DNA of 64,000 nt from an uncultured Alphaproteobacteria bacterium (GCA_963812285.1 CAWEUR010000034.1:1139-65138), one strand, 5' to 3'; shown: positions 30,066 to 40,772, counted from the first letter of the stretch. Made by a program: numbers and translations. The notes: generated from the letters alone by a model not told the origin.

Positions 30066-30668
30066 TTGGCGTCATCCGACAGTCCGCAGGACCATCAGAA
30101 CCGCATCCTTGCCGATCAGGCGCTGATGGTCGCCATTGCCGGCGGGGACGAGACGGCCTTCGCGCGCCTTATCGGCGAATTGTCGCCGCGGCTGCTGCGT
30201 TTCGCGCGCTCGATGCTGGCGGCCAATCCAGCCGAAGCCGAGGAGGTGGTTCAGGAGGCGCTGCTGCGCCTGTGGCGCCAGGCCGATACCTGGCAGCCCA
30301 ATGCCCGCGTCTCCACCTGGCTTCATCAGGTCACCTATCGCCTGTGCATCGACAGTCTCCGCCGGCAGCGGCGCTGGGTCGCCATCGAAACGGTGGAAGC
30401 GGATCTCGAGGACGAGGCTCCCGTGCCCGAGGAGCATCTGATCCGCATTGACGAGGCGCGTGTCGTGCAGGAGGCGATCGACCGGCTGGTTGACCGGCAG
30501 CGGATCGCCATTGTGCTGTGTCACTTTCAGAATCTCAGTCAGGTCGAGGCGGCGGCGGTGATGGGTATCGGGGAGAGCGCATACGAATCCTTGCTCGCGC
30601 GGGCGCGACGGAAACTGAGGGCAATCCTCGCGGGCGACGGAATAGACCGGGAGAGGGGAGGTAGATGA
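30066..30668 (+). CDS. ECF-type RNA polymerase sigma-70 family factor
   Basis: Region 2 (AEEVVQEALLRLWRQADTW...TWLHQVTYRLCIDSLRR) and region 4 (RQRIAIVLCHFQNLSQVEAAAVMGIGESAYESLLARARRKL). TTG 30066 follows GGGAGAG; ATG 30126 is an alternative. The ORF from 29868 is too long. Confidence 0.85.
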   Translation: MASSDSPQDHQNRILADQALMVAIAGGDETAFARLIGELSPRLLRFARSMLAANPAEAEEVVQEALLRLWRQADTWQPNARVSTWLHQVTYRLCIDSLRRQRRWVAIETVEADLEDEAPVPEEHLIRIDEARVVQEAIDRLVDRQRIAIVLCHFQNLSQVEAAAVMGIGESAYESLLARARRKLRAILAGDGIDRERGGR

Positions 30669-31102
30669 TGATGACAAATCGCGCCGACCTTTGCGGCATG
30701 ATCGATCGCCACGGTGCCAATCTGGCGGCCTGGCCGGATCAGTCGCGCGCCAATGAAGTGCGCGCGGCGATCCTCGCCGATCGGGCGCTGCGCGCCTATC
30801 TCGAGGATGCCATCACGCTCGATGACGGGCTGCGCGCCGCGCGCGACGCCATGGATGCCGAGATCGAGGAATCCGGCGTTGCCGAACGCGTCAGCGAGGC
30901 TGTCCTGGCGCGCCTGACACCGCGGTCCGAACCGCGCCGGCCGATGCGCTGGATCGCGGTCGCCGCCGCCATCCTTGTCTCCGCCGGCCTCGGCAGCGCC
31001 GTCGACCTCAAGCTGACCGCCACCGCGGACAGCCAGTCGACACAGGACGTGGTCGTGCTCGATCCGCTCGTATTCGGACCGACCGAGATCGGCCTGCAAT
31101 GA
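30665..31102 (+). CDS. Single-pass membrane protein, candidate anti-sigma factor
   Basis: ATGA overlap with the sigma gene. 145 aa with a cytoplasmic helical N-domain, one TM (WIAVAAAILVSAGLGSAV) and a short periplasmic tail. There is no zinc HxxxCxxC motif. Confidence 0.55.
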   Translation: MMMTNRADLCGMIDRHGANLAAWPDQSRANEVRAAILADRALRAYLEDAITLDDGLRAARDAMDAEIEESGVAERVSEAVLARLTPRSEPRRPMRWIAVAAAILVSAGLGSAVDLKLTATADSQSTQDVVVLDPLVFGPTEIGLQ

Positions 31103-31575
31103 GCCAGCCCGTTCCGTTCTGGCGGAGGCGGCGGACGCTGGTGATCGCGCTGGTGGCTTCGGTCGTGGTCAACGCCTTCTTCCTGGGGGCTGCGGCGACC
31201 GATCTGATCCGGCCGAATTTCCACCACCACCACGGTGAGCCGCATATCGTCCAGTTCCAGTTGCGCTGGCTGGCTGGGCGGCTGCCCGAGAAGGGGATCG
31301 ATCGCGTTGCCGCGGCGCTTCACGATGTGCGCGGGCAGGCCAAGGCTCATCTCGACAAGCTGCGCGACCTGCGCCAGCAGCTCGGCGAGCTGGCAGCTCA
31401 GCCCAACCCCGATCGCGCCGCCATCGACCAGCATCTGGCCGACATTCGCGGCCAGCTCGACCAGATGCTCGCCGAAGTCCAGAAGGCTTCGATGGATGCG
31501 CTGCTTGCCCTGCCCGCCGACATGCGCGCCGGGCTCGCCAAGCGCGAACCGGACCTGCCGCCTGCGCCACAATAG
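31099..31575 (+). CDS. Periplasmic heavy-metal-sensor-like protein (CnrX / Spy / CpxP-like helical fold)
   Basis: ATGA overlap with the upstream gene. N-terminal TM anchor, HHHHGEPH run and helical repeats LRDLRQQLGELAAQPNPDRAAIDQHLADIRGQLDQML. Confidence 0.6.
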   Translation: MSQPVPFWRRRRTLVIALVASVVVNAFFLGAAATDLIRPNFHHHHGEPHIVQFQLRWLAGRLPEKGIDRVAAALHDVRGQAKAHLDKLRDLRQQLGELAAQPNPDRAAIDQHLADIRGQLDQMLAEVQKASMDALLALPADMRAGLAKREPDLPPAPQ

Positions 31576-32118
31576 GCGCAGGAAGCTTGGTAACCGCGTC
31601 TCCATCCGAACTTGCGAAAGACGCGATCAACGCTTGCGGGCTGGTGATCCCGGCGAACGACGGTCCGTTTCGGGCAGCGTCTTGAAAGCGTTGTGACGGG
31701 ACTGGCGGGGACGGTCGGGCTGGCGCAACGCACCCCTTCGGCATTCCACCCGCTTTGTGGTGACCGCACCAAAAATATGCACGGCCGCTTAGGCTTGGTC
31801 GAATGACGAAAGTGCCCTGACCCTCCCCGCTGTGACCCGTGCGGCCTGCGAAATGGCAAGCCGTTGGCCAGTCTCTTTGCCGCCCCCCCAAAAGTGGAGT
31901 GTTTTTATGGCTTGAGCGGCCTGCTGATCGACAAAAACGCGATCAACATTGACTAAGCTTATCTCGATTCCAATACGATTTTCCAGAGGTGTTTGGTCTC
32001 GGTCTGAGACAACCCATGAAGATCGTTAGCGCAGGACATGTCGGTGCGCCTGCCCGGCGTGTTGCAGCCGCGCCGAACCAAGGTTTCGCAAGACATTCCC
32101 TGCCTTTCCTGACCTTCA

Positions 32119-32290
32119 GGTCGATTGTGGGCTGAGAGAGGGCGGCCTGTGAACCTTTTGAGTTATTTTCGACGCATCGGCCGTGCTGCGCCGTCGGAAG
32201 CGGCCACGCAGGCGTTTGAAGAAGCCGCCGCCACGCTTGACGGCTTCGACCGGGGTGGCCGTCACGTTGCGACCCGCGTTCCCTCGATAC
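32119..32290 (-). pseudogene. Remnant of the 3' end of an RND permease gene
   Basis: Minus-strand reading VTATPVEAVKRGGGFFKRLRGRFRRRSTADAS parallels the C-terminus of the degraded pump at 36170 (VTPASLAAVAKVGGFFKRLRNRLSRRNTAEAP). The two loci share the identical 15-mer TTGAAGAAGCCGCCG. No upstream pump body is present. Confidence 0.4.
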
Positions 32291-32523
32291 GGTTGATGAT
32301 GCCAGGGCTGTGGGCGGGCCCGGCGTGCCATCTTGCAAGCGGACAGCGAACTCGGTACCTTCCAATTGTAGGATGAAAAGAAGGCGAAAACGCTAAACCC
32401 CACACGAAGAGCCGATGCGGTACGGACTGCAAGGCCGGGAAATCGTCCTTCATCAGACGAATGACAATCTAAGAGGTTTACGTCGGGTCTAAACACAACG
32501 GAACTAATCGGGAGGAATGCTAT

Positions 32524-33477
32524 ATGAAGCGCCTTGCTCTTGCTGTTGTATCCGCTGCGTTGGCGGTATCTGTCGCGTCGGCCCAGGCGGCCGACAAGAA
32601 GACGATCGCGTTCGTCGTGAACGGACCGTCGGACTTCTGGAAGATCATGGAAGCGGCCGTCGCCAAGGCTCAGACGGAGCTGCCGAACTTCGATCTGCAG
32701 TTCAAGTACCCTGAGCGCGCTGATGCGGCCATTCAGAAGCGCATGCTGGACGATCTTGTCGCGGCCGGCGTCGATGCCGTGTCGGTCTCGGTGGTCGATC
32801 CGCCGACTTCGATCGATGAGATCAACAGCGTTTCGGCCAAGATCCCGTTCTTCACCTTCGACTCCGATGCGCCCCAGTCCAAGCGCGTCGCCTACATCGG
32901 CTCGTCCAACACCCAGCTTGGCACGATGGCCGGTGAGCTGATGAAGAAGGCGATGGCCGGCAAGGAAGGCAAGTGCATGGGGTTTGTCGGTCTGCCCGGC
33001 GCCGACAACGCGAAGGAGCGTATCAACGGCTACAACGCGGCCGTCAAAGGTACCGGCCTCGAGCTGATCGACGTCCGCGGTGACGACATCGACCAGACCC
33101 GCGCCCGCGCCAACGTTGACGACGTGCTCGTCGCCCACCCCGAAGTCAACTGCATGGTCGGGTTCTACTCGTACAACACGCCGCGCATTTACGAAGCGCT
33201 GCGTGACGCCGGCAAGCTCGGGCAGATCACCGTCGTCGGCTTCGACGAGGACCCGATCACGCTCGGCGGCGTTGGCGAGGGCTCGATCTCCGGCACGGTT
33301 GTGCAGAACCCCTATGAGTGGGGCATCCAGAGCGCCCACCTTATCGCCGACTACCTCAATGGCGATAAGTCGAAGATCCCGGCCGACGGGGTCATCATCA
33401 TCCCGGGCCTGACCCTGACCAAGGACAACGTCAAGCAGTTCCAGGAAGACTTCCAGAAGAAGCTGTCTGGCGGCTGA
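32524..33477 (+). CDS. Sugar ABC transporter substrate-binding protein (ribose/RbsB-like, periplasmic binding protein type I)
   Basis: Signal peptide MKRLALAVVSAALAVSVASAQA, then KTIAFVVNGPSDFW, VDAVSVSVVDP and VVGFDEDP. RBS GGGAGGAA lies upstream. Confidence 0.88.
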   Translation: MKRLALAVVSAALAVSVASAQAADKKTIAFVVNGPSDFWKIMEAAVAKAQTELPNFDLQFKYPERADAAIQKRMLDDLVAAGVDAVSVSVVDPPTSIDEINSVSAKIPFFTFDSDAPQSKRVAYIGSSNTQLGTMAGELMKKAMAGKEGKCMGFVGLPGADNAKERINGYNAAVKGTGLELIDVRGDDIDQTRARANVDDVLVAHPEVNCMVGFYSYNTPRIYEALRDAGKLGQITVVGFDEDPITLGGVGEGSISGTVVQNPYEWGIQSAHLIADYLNGDKSKIPADGVIIIPGLTLTKDNVKQFQEDFQKKLSGG

Positions 33478-33561
33478 TGCAGCAGTCCGATACCCGCGGC
33501 CGGTTCGCCGGCCGCGGGCATATTCTCCTCATCATGCGGCCTCTGTGAGATTGTCGGCGCC

Positions 33562-35104
33562 ATGACCGCGTCCGCAACTGCCGCCGCGCCGTCGGCGCTC
33601 CGCCGAGCCCTTCCTCAGGCTGTCGGGTCTGCGCAAGACCTATCCCGGCGTCGTCGCGCTGGCCGATTTCAGCATGGATGTGCGGCCGGGCGAGGTGATC
33701 GGTCTGGTCGGCGAAAACGGCGCCGGCAAGTCGACCCTGATGAACATCCTGGGCGGGGTGATCGAGCCCGACCGGGGCACCATCGCGATCGACGGCGTTG
33801 CGCATCAGCTCGCTTTCGGTCGCGCAGTCGATGGCCGCCGGCATCGCCTTCGTCCATCAGGAACTCAATCTGTTCGACAACCTGAGCGTCGCGGCGAACG
33901 TCTATATCGGGCGGGAGCCCAGGAAGTACGGCTTTCTGCAGCTCGTCGACAACGACAAGCTCCAAAAGACCGTACAGCCCTTTCTCGACCAGCTCGGCGC
34001 GACGTTCTCGCCGACGATGCCGGTCGCGCGCCTCTCGCTCGCCCAGCAACAGATCGTCGAGATCGCCAAGGCACTGAGCCTCCAGTCGCGTCTCGTCATC
34101 CTGGACGAGCCGACATCGAGCCTGCCGATGGCCGAGACCGAGAAGCTGCTCCAGGTGATTGCCGGCCTGAAGGCGCACGGCATCGCGGTCATCTTCGTCT
34201 CGCACCGGCTGAATGAGGTGGTTGAGGCCGCCGACCGCGTCCTGGTGCTGCGCGACGGCAATCTGGTGGGCGCGCTCGAAGGCGAAGCGATCAACCACGA
34301 CACCATGGTCCGGCTCATGGTCGGTCGCGACCTCAAGGTCCACTACGTGCCCCCCAAATTGAACGGCGGAGAGGCCGTGCTCTCCATCAAGGGCGTGCGC
34401 ACGTCCGCCTATCCGCACCGCGAGATCAGCCTCGACCTCCATGCCGGCGAGATTCTTGGGCTGGCGGGCCTCGTCGGCGCCGGGCGCACGGAACTCGCCC
34501 GGGTCCTGTTTGGCATTGACCGGCCGCGAGGCTGGAAGCGTCGCGCTCGGCGGCCAGGAAGTACACTTTGCGACCTCGGCCGACGCGGTGGGTGCCGGCG
34601 TCTTCCTTGTGCCGGAAGATCGCAAGGGCGCCGGCCTGCTGCTCGATCTTTCGATTGCGCAGAACATTACGCTTCCCAACCTGCGCTCCTATGCGCGCAG
34701 AATTGTGGTTTCGCAGCACGCCGAACTGGAACAGGCCGAGCGCAGCCGCACCGACCTCGACATCCGAACATCCAGCGTTACGCAGGCGACGTCCTCGCTC
34801 TCGGGCGGCAACCAGCAGAAGGTCGTGCTCGCCAAGTGGCTGGCCATGAAACCCAAGGTCATCATTTTCGACGAGCCGACGCGCGGCATCGACGTCGGAG
34901 CCAAGGCCGAGATCTATCACCTGATGCGCGGAGCTGTCGGACTCCGGCGTTGCCGTGCTGATGATCTCGTCGGACATGGAAGAAGTGATCGGCGTATCGG
35001 ACCGCGTCGCGGTCATGCATGAGGGGCAGATCCAAGGTACGCTCGACCGTGTCCAGTGCAGCGAGGAAAACATACTGCGGCTGGCCGTCGGACGGCCGCT
35101 TTAG
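33562..35104 (+). pseudogene. Sugar ABC transporter ATP-binding protein (RbsA-like, duplicated ATPase), four frameshifts
   Basis: Two Walker A sites (GENGAGKST, GLVGAGRTE), two signatures (LSLAQQQ, LSGGNQQK) and Walker B ILDEPTS / IFDEPTRGID. Readable only through frames 1>2>0>1>2, with junctions near 33595, 33805, 34520 and 34928. Ends TAG 35102-35104. Confidence 0.85.
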
Positions 35105-35119
35105 GGAACGGGGACGGCG

Positions 35120-36164
35120 ATGCTGAAGAAAGACTTGGGTCTGCTGGTGCTGATCATCGTCGTCGGGGCGGTGGTCGCGATCATCAACCCGCGGTTCGTC
35201 TCGCCGATCAACATCGCCAATACCGCCAATCTGGTCGGACTGTTCGGAATATTCGCCATCGGTCAGGGCTTCGTCATCATTACTGGCGGCATCGAGCTCT
35301 CGGTCGGCTCGATCATCGCGCTGCTCGGCGTCATCTTTGTCGACCTCATCGCCAACAAGGGCGTGTGGTGGCCAGCCGCTTCGATGGTGGTGCTGGCGAT
35401 CGGCATGCTGATGGGCCTGGTGCACGGGCTGCTGATCACAAAGCTGAAGCTGCAGCCATTCGTGGTGACGCTTTGCGGCCTGCTGATCTATCGCGGGGTC
35501 GCGCGTTTCTACACCAAGGACGCCACCGCCGGATTTCCGTTCGGGGTCAGCTTCCCGAACCTGGAATGGATCACCACGGGGCGCACCGACGTCGTCGTCG
35601 CTCCTTACCGGCGGGTCCGTTCACTCCATTCTCATTCCACACGCTTTCTTCATCATGCTGGTGATCGCGGCGATCATGTGGGTGGTGCTGCATCGCTCGG
35701 TCTTCGGCCGCTATCTCTATGCCGTCGGCAAGAACGAGGAAGCGGCGCGTTATTCGGGCATCCGCACGACCCGCGTGATCGTTGCCGCCTACATGATCTG
35801 CACGACGCTGGCGGCGCTGGCGGCGATCTTCTTTGCCATGTACACGCGTTCGATCCTGCCTTCGGGGCACGGCAATTTCTACGAGCTCTACGCCATCGCC
35901 GCGGCAGTGCTCGGCGGCTTCTCTCTGCGCGGGGGTGAGGGCTCCATCTTCGGCGTTGTGCTCGGCACGATCCTCCTTCAGGTGCTGCAGAACCTCGTCA
36001 ACCTGCTCGGCATTCCCTCGTCGCTGAATTTCGCCGTGATGGGCTCGGTGATCCTGATCGGCGTCATCGCCGACCAGCAATTCTCGCGCTATCGCGAGCG
36101 CAACGCCACCCGGCGCGGCAATGTGCCGACGGCCCACGGCTCGCTGCCCGAGGCGGCGGAGTAG
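35120..36164 (+). pseudogene. Sugar ABC transporter permease (RbsC-like), frameshift near 35590
   Basis: ORF 35120-35938 is family-typical to ...PNLEWITTGR. The continuation LLTGGSVHSILIPHAFFIMLVIAAIMWVVLHRSVFGRYLYAVGKNEEAARYSGI is in the +1 frame (ORF 35655-36164). Confidence 0.85.
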
Positions 36165-36169
36165 GGGGC

Positions 36170-39100
36170 CTATTCCGCCGGTGCTTCGGCCGTGTTGCGT
36201 CGGCTGAGGCGATTGCGCAGCCGCTTGAAGAAGCCGCCGACCTTGGCGACCGCGGCCAGCGAGGCCGGCGTCACGATCAGGGTGAGGATCGTGGCGAAGC
36301 CGAGACCGAAGACGATGGCCGTGGAGAGCTGGACCCACCACTGCGTCGACGGCGCGCCATAGGTCACGTCCCGCGTCAGGAAGTCGAGATTGATGCCGAA
36401 GGCGATCGGCAGCACGCCGAGGATGGCGGTGACCGCGGTCAGGAGAACCGGCCGCGCGCGTTCGCGGCAGGTGGTGACGATCGCTTCCTCCATCGGCACG
36501 CCCTCGCGCCGCAGCCGGTCATAGGTGTCGATCAGCACGATGTTGTTGTTCGTCACCACGCCCGCCAGCGCGATGATGCCGATGCCCGACATCACGATGC
36601 CGAAGGTCTGCTGCATGATCATGCGCGCCGAGGAACACGCCGATCGTCGACAGGATGATCGCCGACAGGATCAGCAGGACGCTCGAGAACTTGTTGAACA
36701 CCGCCAGCAGCACCGCGAAGATCAGGAACAGCGCCGCGCCGAAGGCCTTCACCAGGAAGGCCTGCGCCTTGGCCTGCTCCTCGTCGGAGCCCTTGAGCTT
36801 CCAGTTCACCAGCCCTTGAAGTCGGCCTTGCGCAGTTCCTTGGTGATCGCCTGCTGGACCGCCGCCACGTTGACGCCTTCGGCCAGGTTCGCCGTCACAT
36901 TGTCGACCCGCGATCCGTCGACGCGGTTGATGATGCCGACGCTGCCGGGCGGGAACCCGCTTGATGAAGTTGCCGATCGGCACCGAGCCGTCGGGAGTCT
37001 CGATGCGCAGATTGTCGATCTCGCTGAGCGTCCGCCGGTCCTCGGGGAAGCGCAGGATGATGTCGACCGGCTTGTCGGTGTCCGAGGGCCGGTAGTCGGT
37101 GATCTTCAGCCCGTTGGTGACGAGCTGCACCGCCTGGCCGATGGCCCCGACGCCGATGCCGTATTTGGCCGCTTCCGCCTTGTCGACCTCGATCCGCCAG
37201 TCGATGCCGGGCATCGGCAGCCCGCTGTCGAGGTCGCGGATCTCGGGCCGCTTGGCAAGCTCGGCCGTGACCTTCTTGGCCGCTTCGGTCAGCGCATCCG
37301 GATAGTCGCTGGAGAGCTGGATCTGGATCGGCTTGCCGGTCGGCGGGCCGGAATTGGGCTTCTGCACCTCGACCCGGATTCCGGGAATGTCCGCGGTTCG
37401 CTTGCGGATATCGGCCATGATCTCGCCCGCCGGACGGCGCAGCTTCCAGTCGACGAAGGAGAACTGGATCTGGCCGATCACGTCCTCGGTGACGTCGTTG
37501 GAGCCGCGGCCCATGTCGCCGGCGCGCGCATAGACCGTCTCGAGCTCCTTCATCGGCAGCATGCGCTGCTCGACCTCGCGCACGAGCCGGTCCTTCTCGG
37601 TCAGCGAGAGGTTGCCGCGCGCATGGACGAGGACGACGGCGTTGTCCGGCTCGACATTGGGGAAGAACTCGACGCCCTTGCCGAATTTGCGAATAGGCGA
37701 CCTGAACGCCGACGAGCAGCGCCGATCGCCAGCAGGATGACGAGGCCCGGATGGTGCGATCGAGAAGCGCACGGCCTTTATGTAGGGCGCTGTCGCGCTT
37801 CGACTTCTCCTCGACCACCGGATGGGCATGGCCGATCATCGCGCCGAGCGTCGGCGTGAAGATCAGCGCCGTCACCAGCGAGGCCGACAGCGTCGCGATC
37901 AGCGTGATCGGCAGGTACTTCATGAACTGGCCGACGATGCCGGGCCAGAACAGCAGCGGCGAGAAGGCGGCGATGCGGGTGAGGGTGGCCGCCGTCACCG
38001 GGCCGGACATGCGGGTGGCGGCGAGCGCATAGGCCTCGCGCGCGCGGTATGCCCTCGCTCATCCGCCGCTCGGCGAATTCCGACACGATGATCGCGTCGT
38101 CGACCAGCATGCCGACCGCCAGGATCAGGCTGAACAGGGCGACGATGTTGAGCGTCATGCCGAACAGGTCGAGGCCGAGGATGCCGGTCAGGAACGAGGC
38201 CGGAATGGCGATGCCGATGAACAGCGAGGCTCGCCCGCCGAGGATGAACAGCATGATCACCACGACCAGCAGCACGCCGGTCAGCGACGCTGTTCTGCAG
38301 GTCGTTGAGAAGCTGCCGGATTTCCTTCGACTGGTCCTGGATGAAGGCGACATGGACCGATTCCGGCCAGCGCTTCTGCCAGCTGCTCGACCGCCGCGCG
38401 CACGCCGTCGACGGTCTCGATGACGTTGGCGCCGGTGCGCTTCTTCACCTCGATCGCCACCGCCGGCTTGCCGTTGACCCGGGTGATCGTGGTGGCGTCC
38501 TTGAAGGTCGGGCGGATATCGGCGACGTCGCCGAGCGTCACGCTCGCCGAGACTGGACGCGGCGACCGGGATGTTGAGCACGTCCTCCGGCTTCTCGATC
38601 AGCGCCGGCACCTTGATCGCGAACCGCCCTTGCGGACCTTCCAGTGCGCCGGCGGCCACGAGGCTGTTGCCGCCGGCTGCGGCCTGGCGGCGAATGAGGT
38701 CAGCGATACGCCATAGCTGTCGAGCAGCATCGGCTCGGCGATGATCTCCACCACCTCGTCGCGGGTTCCCTGGACGTCCGCCGACAAGCACGCCCGGCAC
38801 CTGCTCGATCGTGTTCTTGGCGTCGCGCGCGATCGTGGTCAGGGTCCGCTCGCAGAGGTCGCCCGACAGGGTGACGACGACGACCGGGAACAGGCTGATA
38901 TTGACCTCGAACACGCCCGGCTCGTCGGCGTCGGCCGGCAGGTCGCGCTTGGCCTGGTCGACCTTGGCGCGCACATCCTGGATGGCGGCGTTGGAATTGA
39001 AGCCCGGCCTCGAACTCGAGCAGCACATAGGCGCCGCCCTCATAGGCGGCGGCCCGCATCTCCTTGACGTTGGTGACCGATCTTGAGCTGCGTCTCCATC

Positions 39101-39300
39101 GGCTTGACCAGCAGCCGCTCGGCATCCTCCGGCGAGATGCCCCGCTGCGACAGCTGGACATAGATGATCGGAATCTGGACGTCCGGGCTCGCCTCCTTGG
39201 GGATACCGACATAGGCGGTGATTCCCGCAAGGATGAGGAAGATCAGGACCGCGAGCGTCAGCCGCGAATGGCCGATGGCGTAGTCGACGATGCGTCTCAT
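36170..39300 (-). pseudogene. Efflux RND transporter permease (AcrB family), at least eight frameshifts
   Basis: The N-terminus MRRIVDYAIGHSRLTLAVLIFLILAGITAYVGIPKEASPD starts at 39300. Successive family-typical pieces lie in ORFs 39040-39726, 38700-39230, 37778-39043, 38599-38787, 38281-38541, 36895-38010, 36519-37829 and 36170-36622 (GMLVDDAIIVSEFAERR, GPVTAATLTRIAAFSPLLFWPGIVGQFM, VLPIAFGINLDF). Confidence 0.85.
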
Positions 39301-40435
39301 CCGGCGGGCGACTCCGACTTGGCGGGCGCCGCCTCGGCAGCCGAAACCGCCTCGACCGTGTCGCCTTCCTTGACGAAGTCCTGGCCGACGACGATCACCC
39401 GCGTCGGCTGGTCGATGCCGGTCACCCAGACCTGCTGCGCGGCCGTCGTCGACGATCGAGACCGGCACGAAGCGCGCCTGGCTCTTGGCATCGGCCACCC
39501 GCACGCCAAGCTTGCCGTCATCGGAGAAGACCAGCGCCGAGCGCGGCACCGCCGCCGCCTCGACCGGCTCCAGCGTCACCATCATCTCGCAGGTGACGCC
39601 ATCGGGGATGGCGGCGTCGGGATTGGCCATGCGCGCCTCCACCCGGTAGGTGCGCGTCGCCTTGTCGGCGCTGAGGCCGACATAGGAGACGGTGCCGTTG
39701 GCGGTGTTGCCGTTGATGAAGCGCATCGTCGGCGTTCTGGCCGCTTCTGCAGAAAGCCGCGCTGCTTCTCGCTCACCCAGCCGACCGCCAGCATCGGGTC
39801 GGGCCCGATGATCTCGGCGATCTCGGTGCCGGTCTGGACCGCCTGTCCGACCTGGACGGGCACCGAATCGACGATGCCGTCGACCGGCGCGCGCACGATC
39901 GATTTCTCCGCTTCCGCCTGGGCCGTGGCGAGCGTCGCCTGCGCGGCCGCCACCGCCGCTTCCAGCGCGGGCAGATTGTTGCGCGGGGAATCGCCCCGGT
40001 CGATGAGCTTCTTCTTGGCCGCGATCTCTGCCTTGCCGCTGCTCGAGCAGGGCCTCCGCCTGCTTGACCGCCGCGCACGCGACCTTCGTCGGAGATGACC
40101 GCGACCACGTCGCCGGCCATGACCGCGCTGCCGCGATGGACCTTGAGGTCGACGATCAGTCCGCCGCCGCGCGCGCTGGCGAAAGCGCGATGATCGGCCT
40201 GGGTGATGCAGGACAGCACCACCTGGCGGTCATGCTTCTCGGGCGTCGCCGTCGACACGGCGACCTTCTGCACAGGATCGGCCTGCGCTTCCGCCGCGCG
40301 GGCCGTCTCCGCCTTCTGGGCGGCTTCCTCCGCCGCGCCACCTTTGGTCAGTTCGCCCGAGGCGATCCAAAGGCCGGCGCCCAGGATCAAGGCGACCGCG
40401 ACGATGCGGCTCGGTTTGAAGAATCGAGAAGCCAT
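39297..40435 (-). pseudogene. Efflux RND transporter periplasmic adaptor subunit, at least three frameshifts
   Basis: Pieces in ORFs 39773-40435 (MASRFFKPSRIVAVALILGAGLWIA...), 39582-39953 (SIVRAPVDGIVDSVPVQVGQAV), 39040-39726 (MRFINGNTANGTVSYVGLSAD...) and 39297-39521 (VIVVGQDFVKEGDTVEAV). The stop overlaps the pump start. Confidence 0.8.
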
Positions 40436-40693
40436 TTCCGGTTCACCCTTGGCTGAGGAGCCAGTGACGTGCGCCCACCCGAATTGAGGCTGGGTGGATA
40501 TAGCGATTGCCGGACGCGCTTTTAAGAAAGAATGAGACGCAAGTTCGCCCGGCGCGGGACTGGAACGGATCGTTGCCGAACCGGTCCGAATTGTATGACG
40601 TCCTCGTCAAAGGCTTGTCATTGCTTGCGCTTTTGCCTTCACTTTTGTTGCGGCGCAATGTACGTCGTGGTCCAATGACGGACGACGGCGCGC

Positions 40694-40729
40694 ATTCCGT
40701 TGTATTCTGTGTCAAAAAAGACACGGAAT
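40694..40729. promoter_or_regulatory. Composite inverted repeat upstream of mbfA; candidate operator
   Basis: ATTCCGT-tgtattct-GTGTC-aaaaaa-GACAC-GGAAT. The inner arms GTGTC/GACAC and outer arms ATTCCGT/ACGGAAT are exact. It lies about 45-80 nt upstream of GTG 40773. Confidence 0.3.
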
Positions 40730-40772
40730 CTTCGGTAGCTTGACCGCCTTTCCAATGCAGGAGCCTCCCTAA

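Noticed and set aside
27541-30075. 844-aa minus-strand ORF opposite the intact RND permease
   Set aside because: Same high-GC antisense artefact. The composition is dominated by R, G, D, A and E, and it fully overlaps a 1080-aa gene with clear motifs.
31643-31670. GGTGATCCCGGCGAACGACGG, vaguely cobalamin-riboswitch-like, in the long intergenic region
   Set aside because: There is no B12 box (GCCACTG-type) nearby, and the downstream gene is a sugar-binding protein.
32016-32135. 39-codon plus-strand ORF (MKIVSAGHVGAPARRV...) in the 950-bp intergenic region
   Set aside because: There is no RBS and no recognisable family. It is short and overlaps the RND-tail remnant region.
40596-40609. TGA-N8-TCA element upstream of mbfA as a RirA iron-responsive operator
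   Set aside because: The described IRO motif has N9 spacing and this one has N8. It is reported only as context in the mbfA leader finding.
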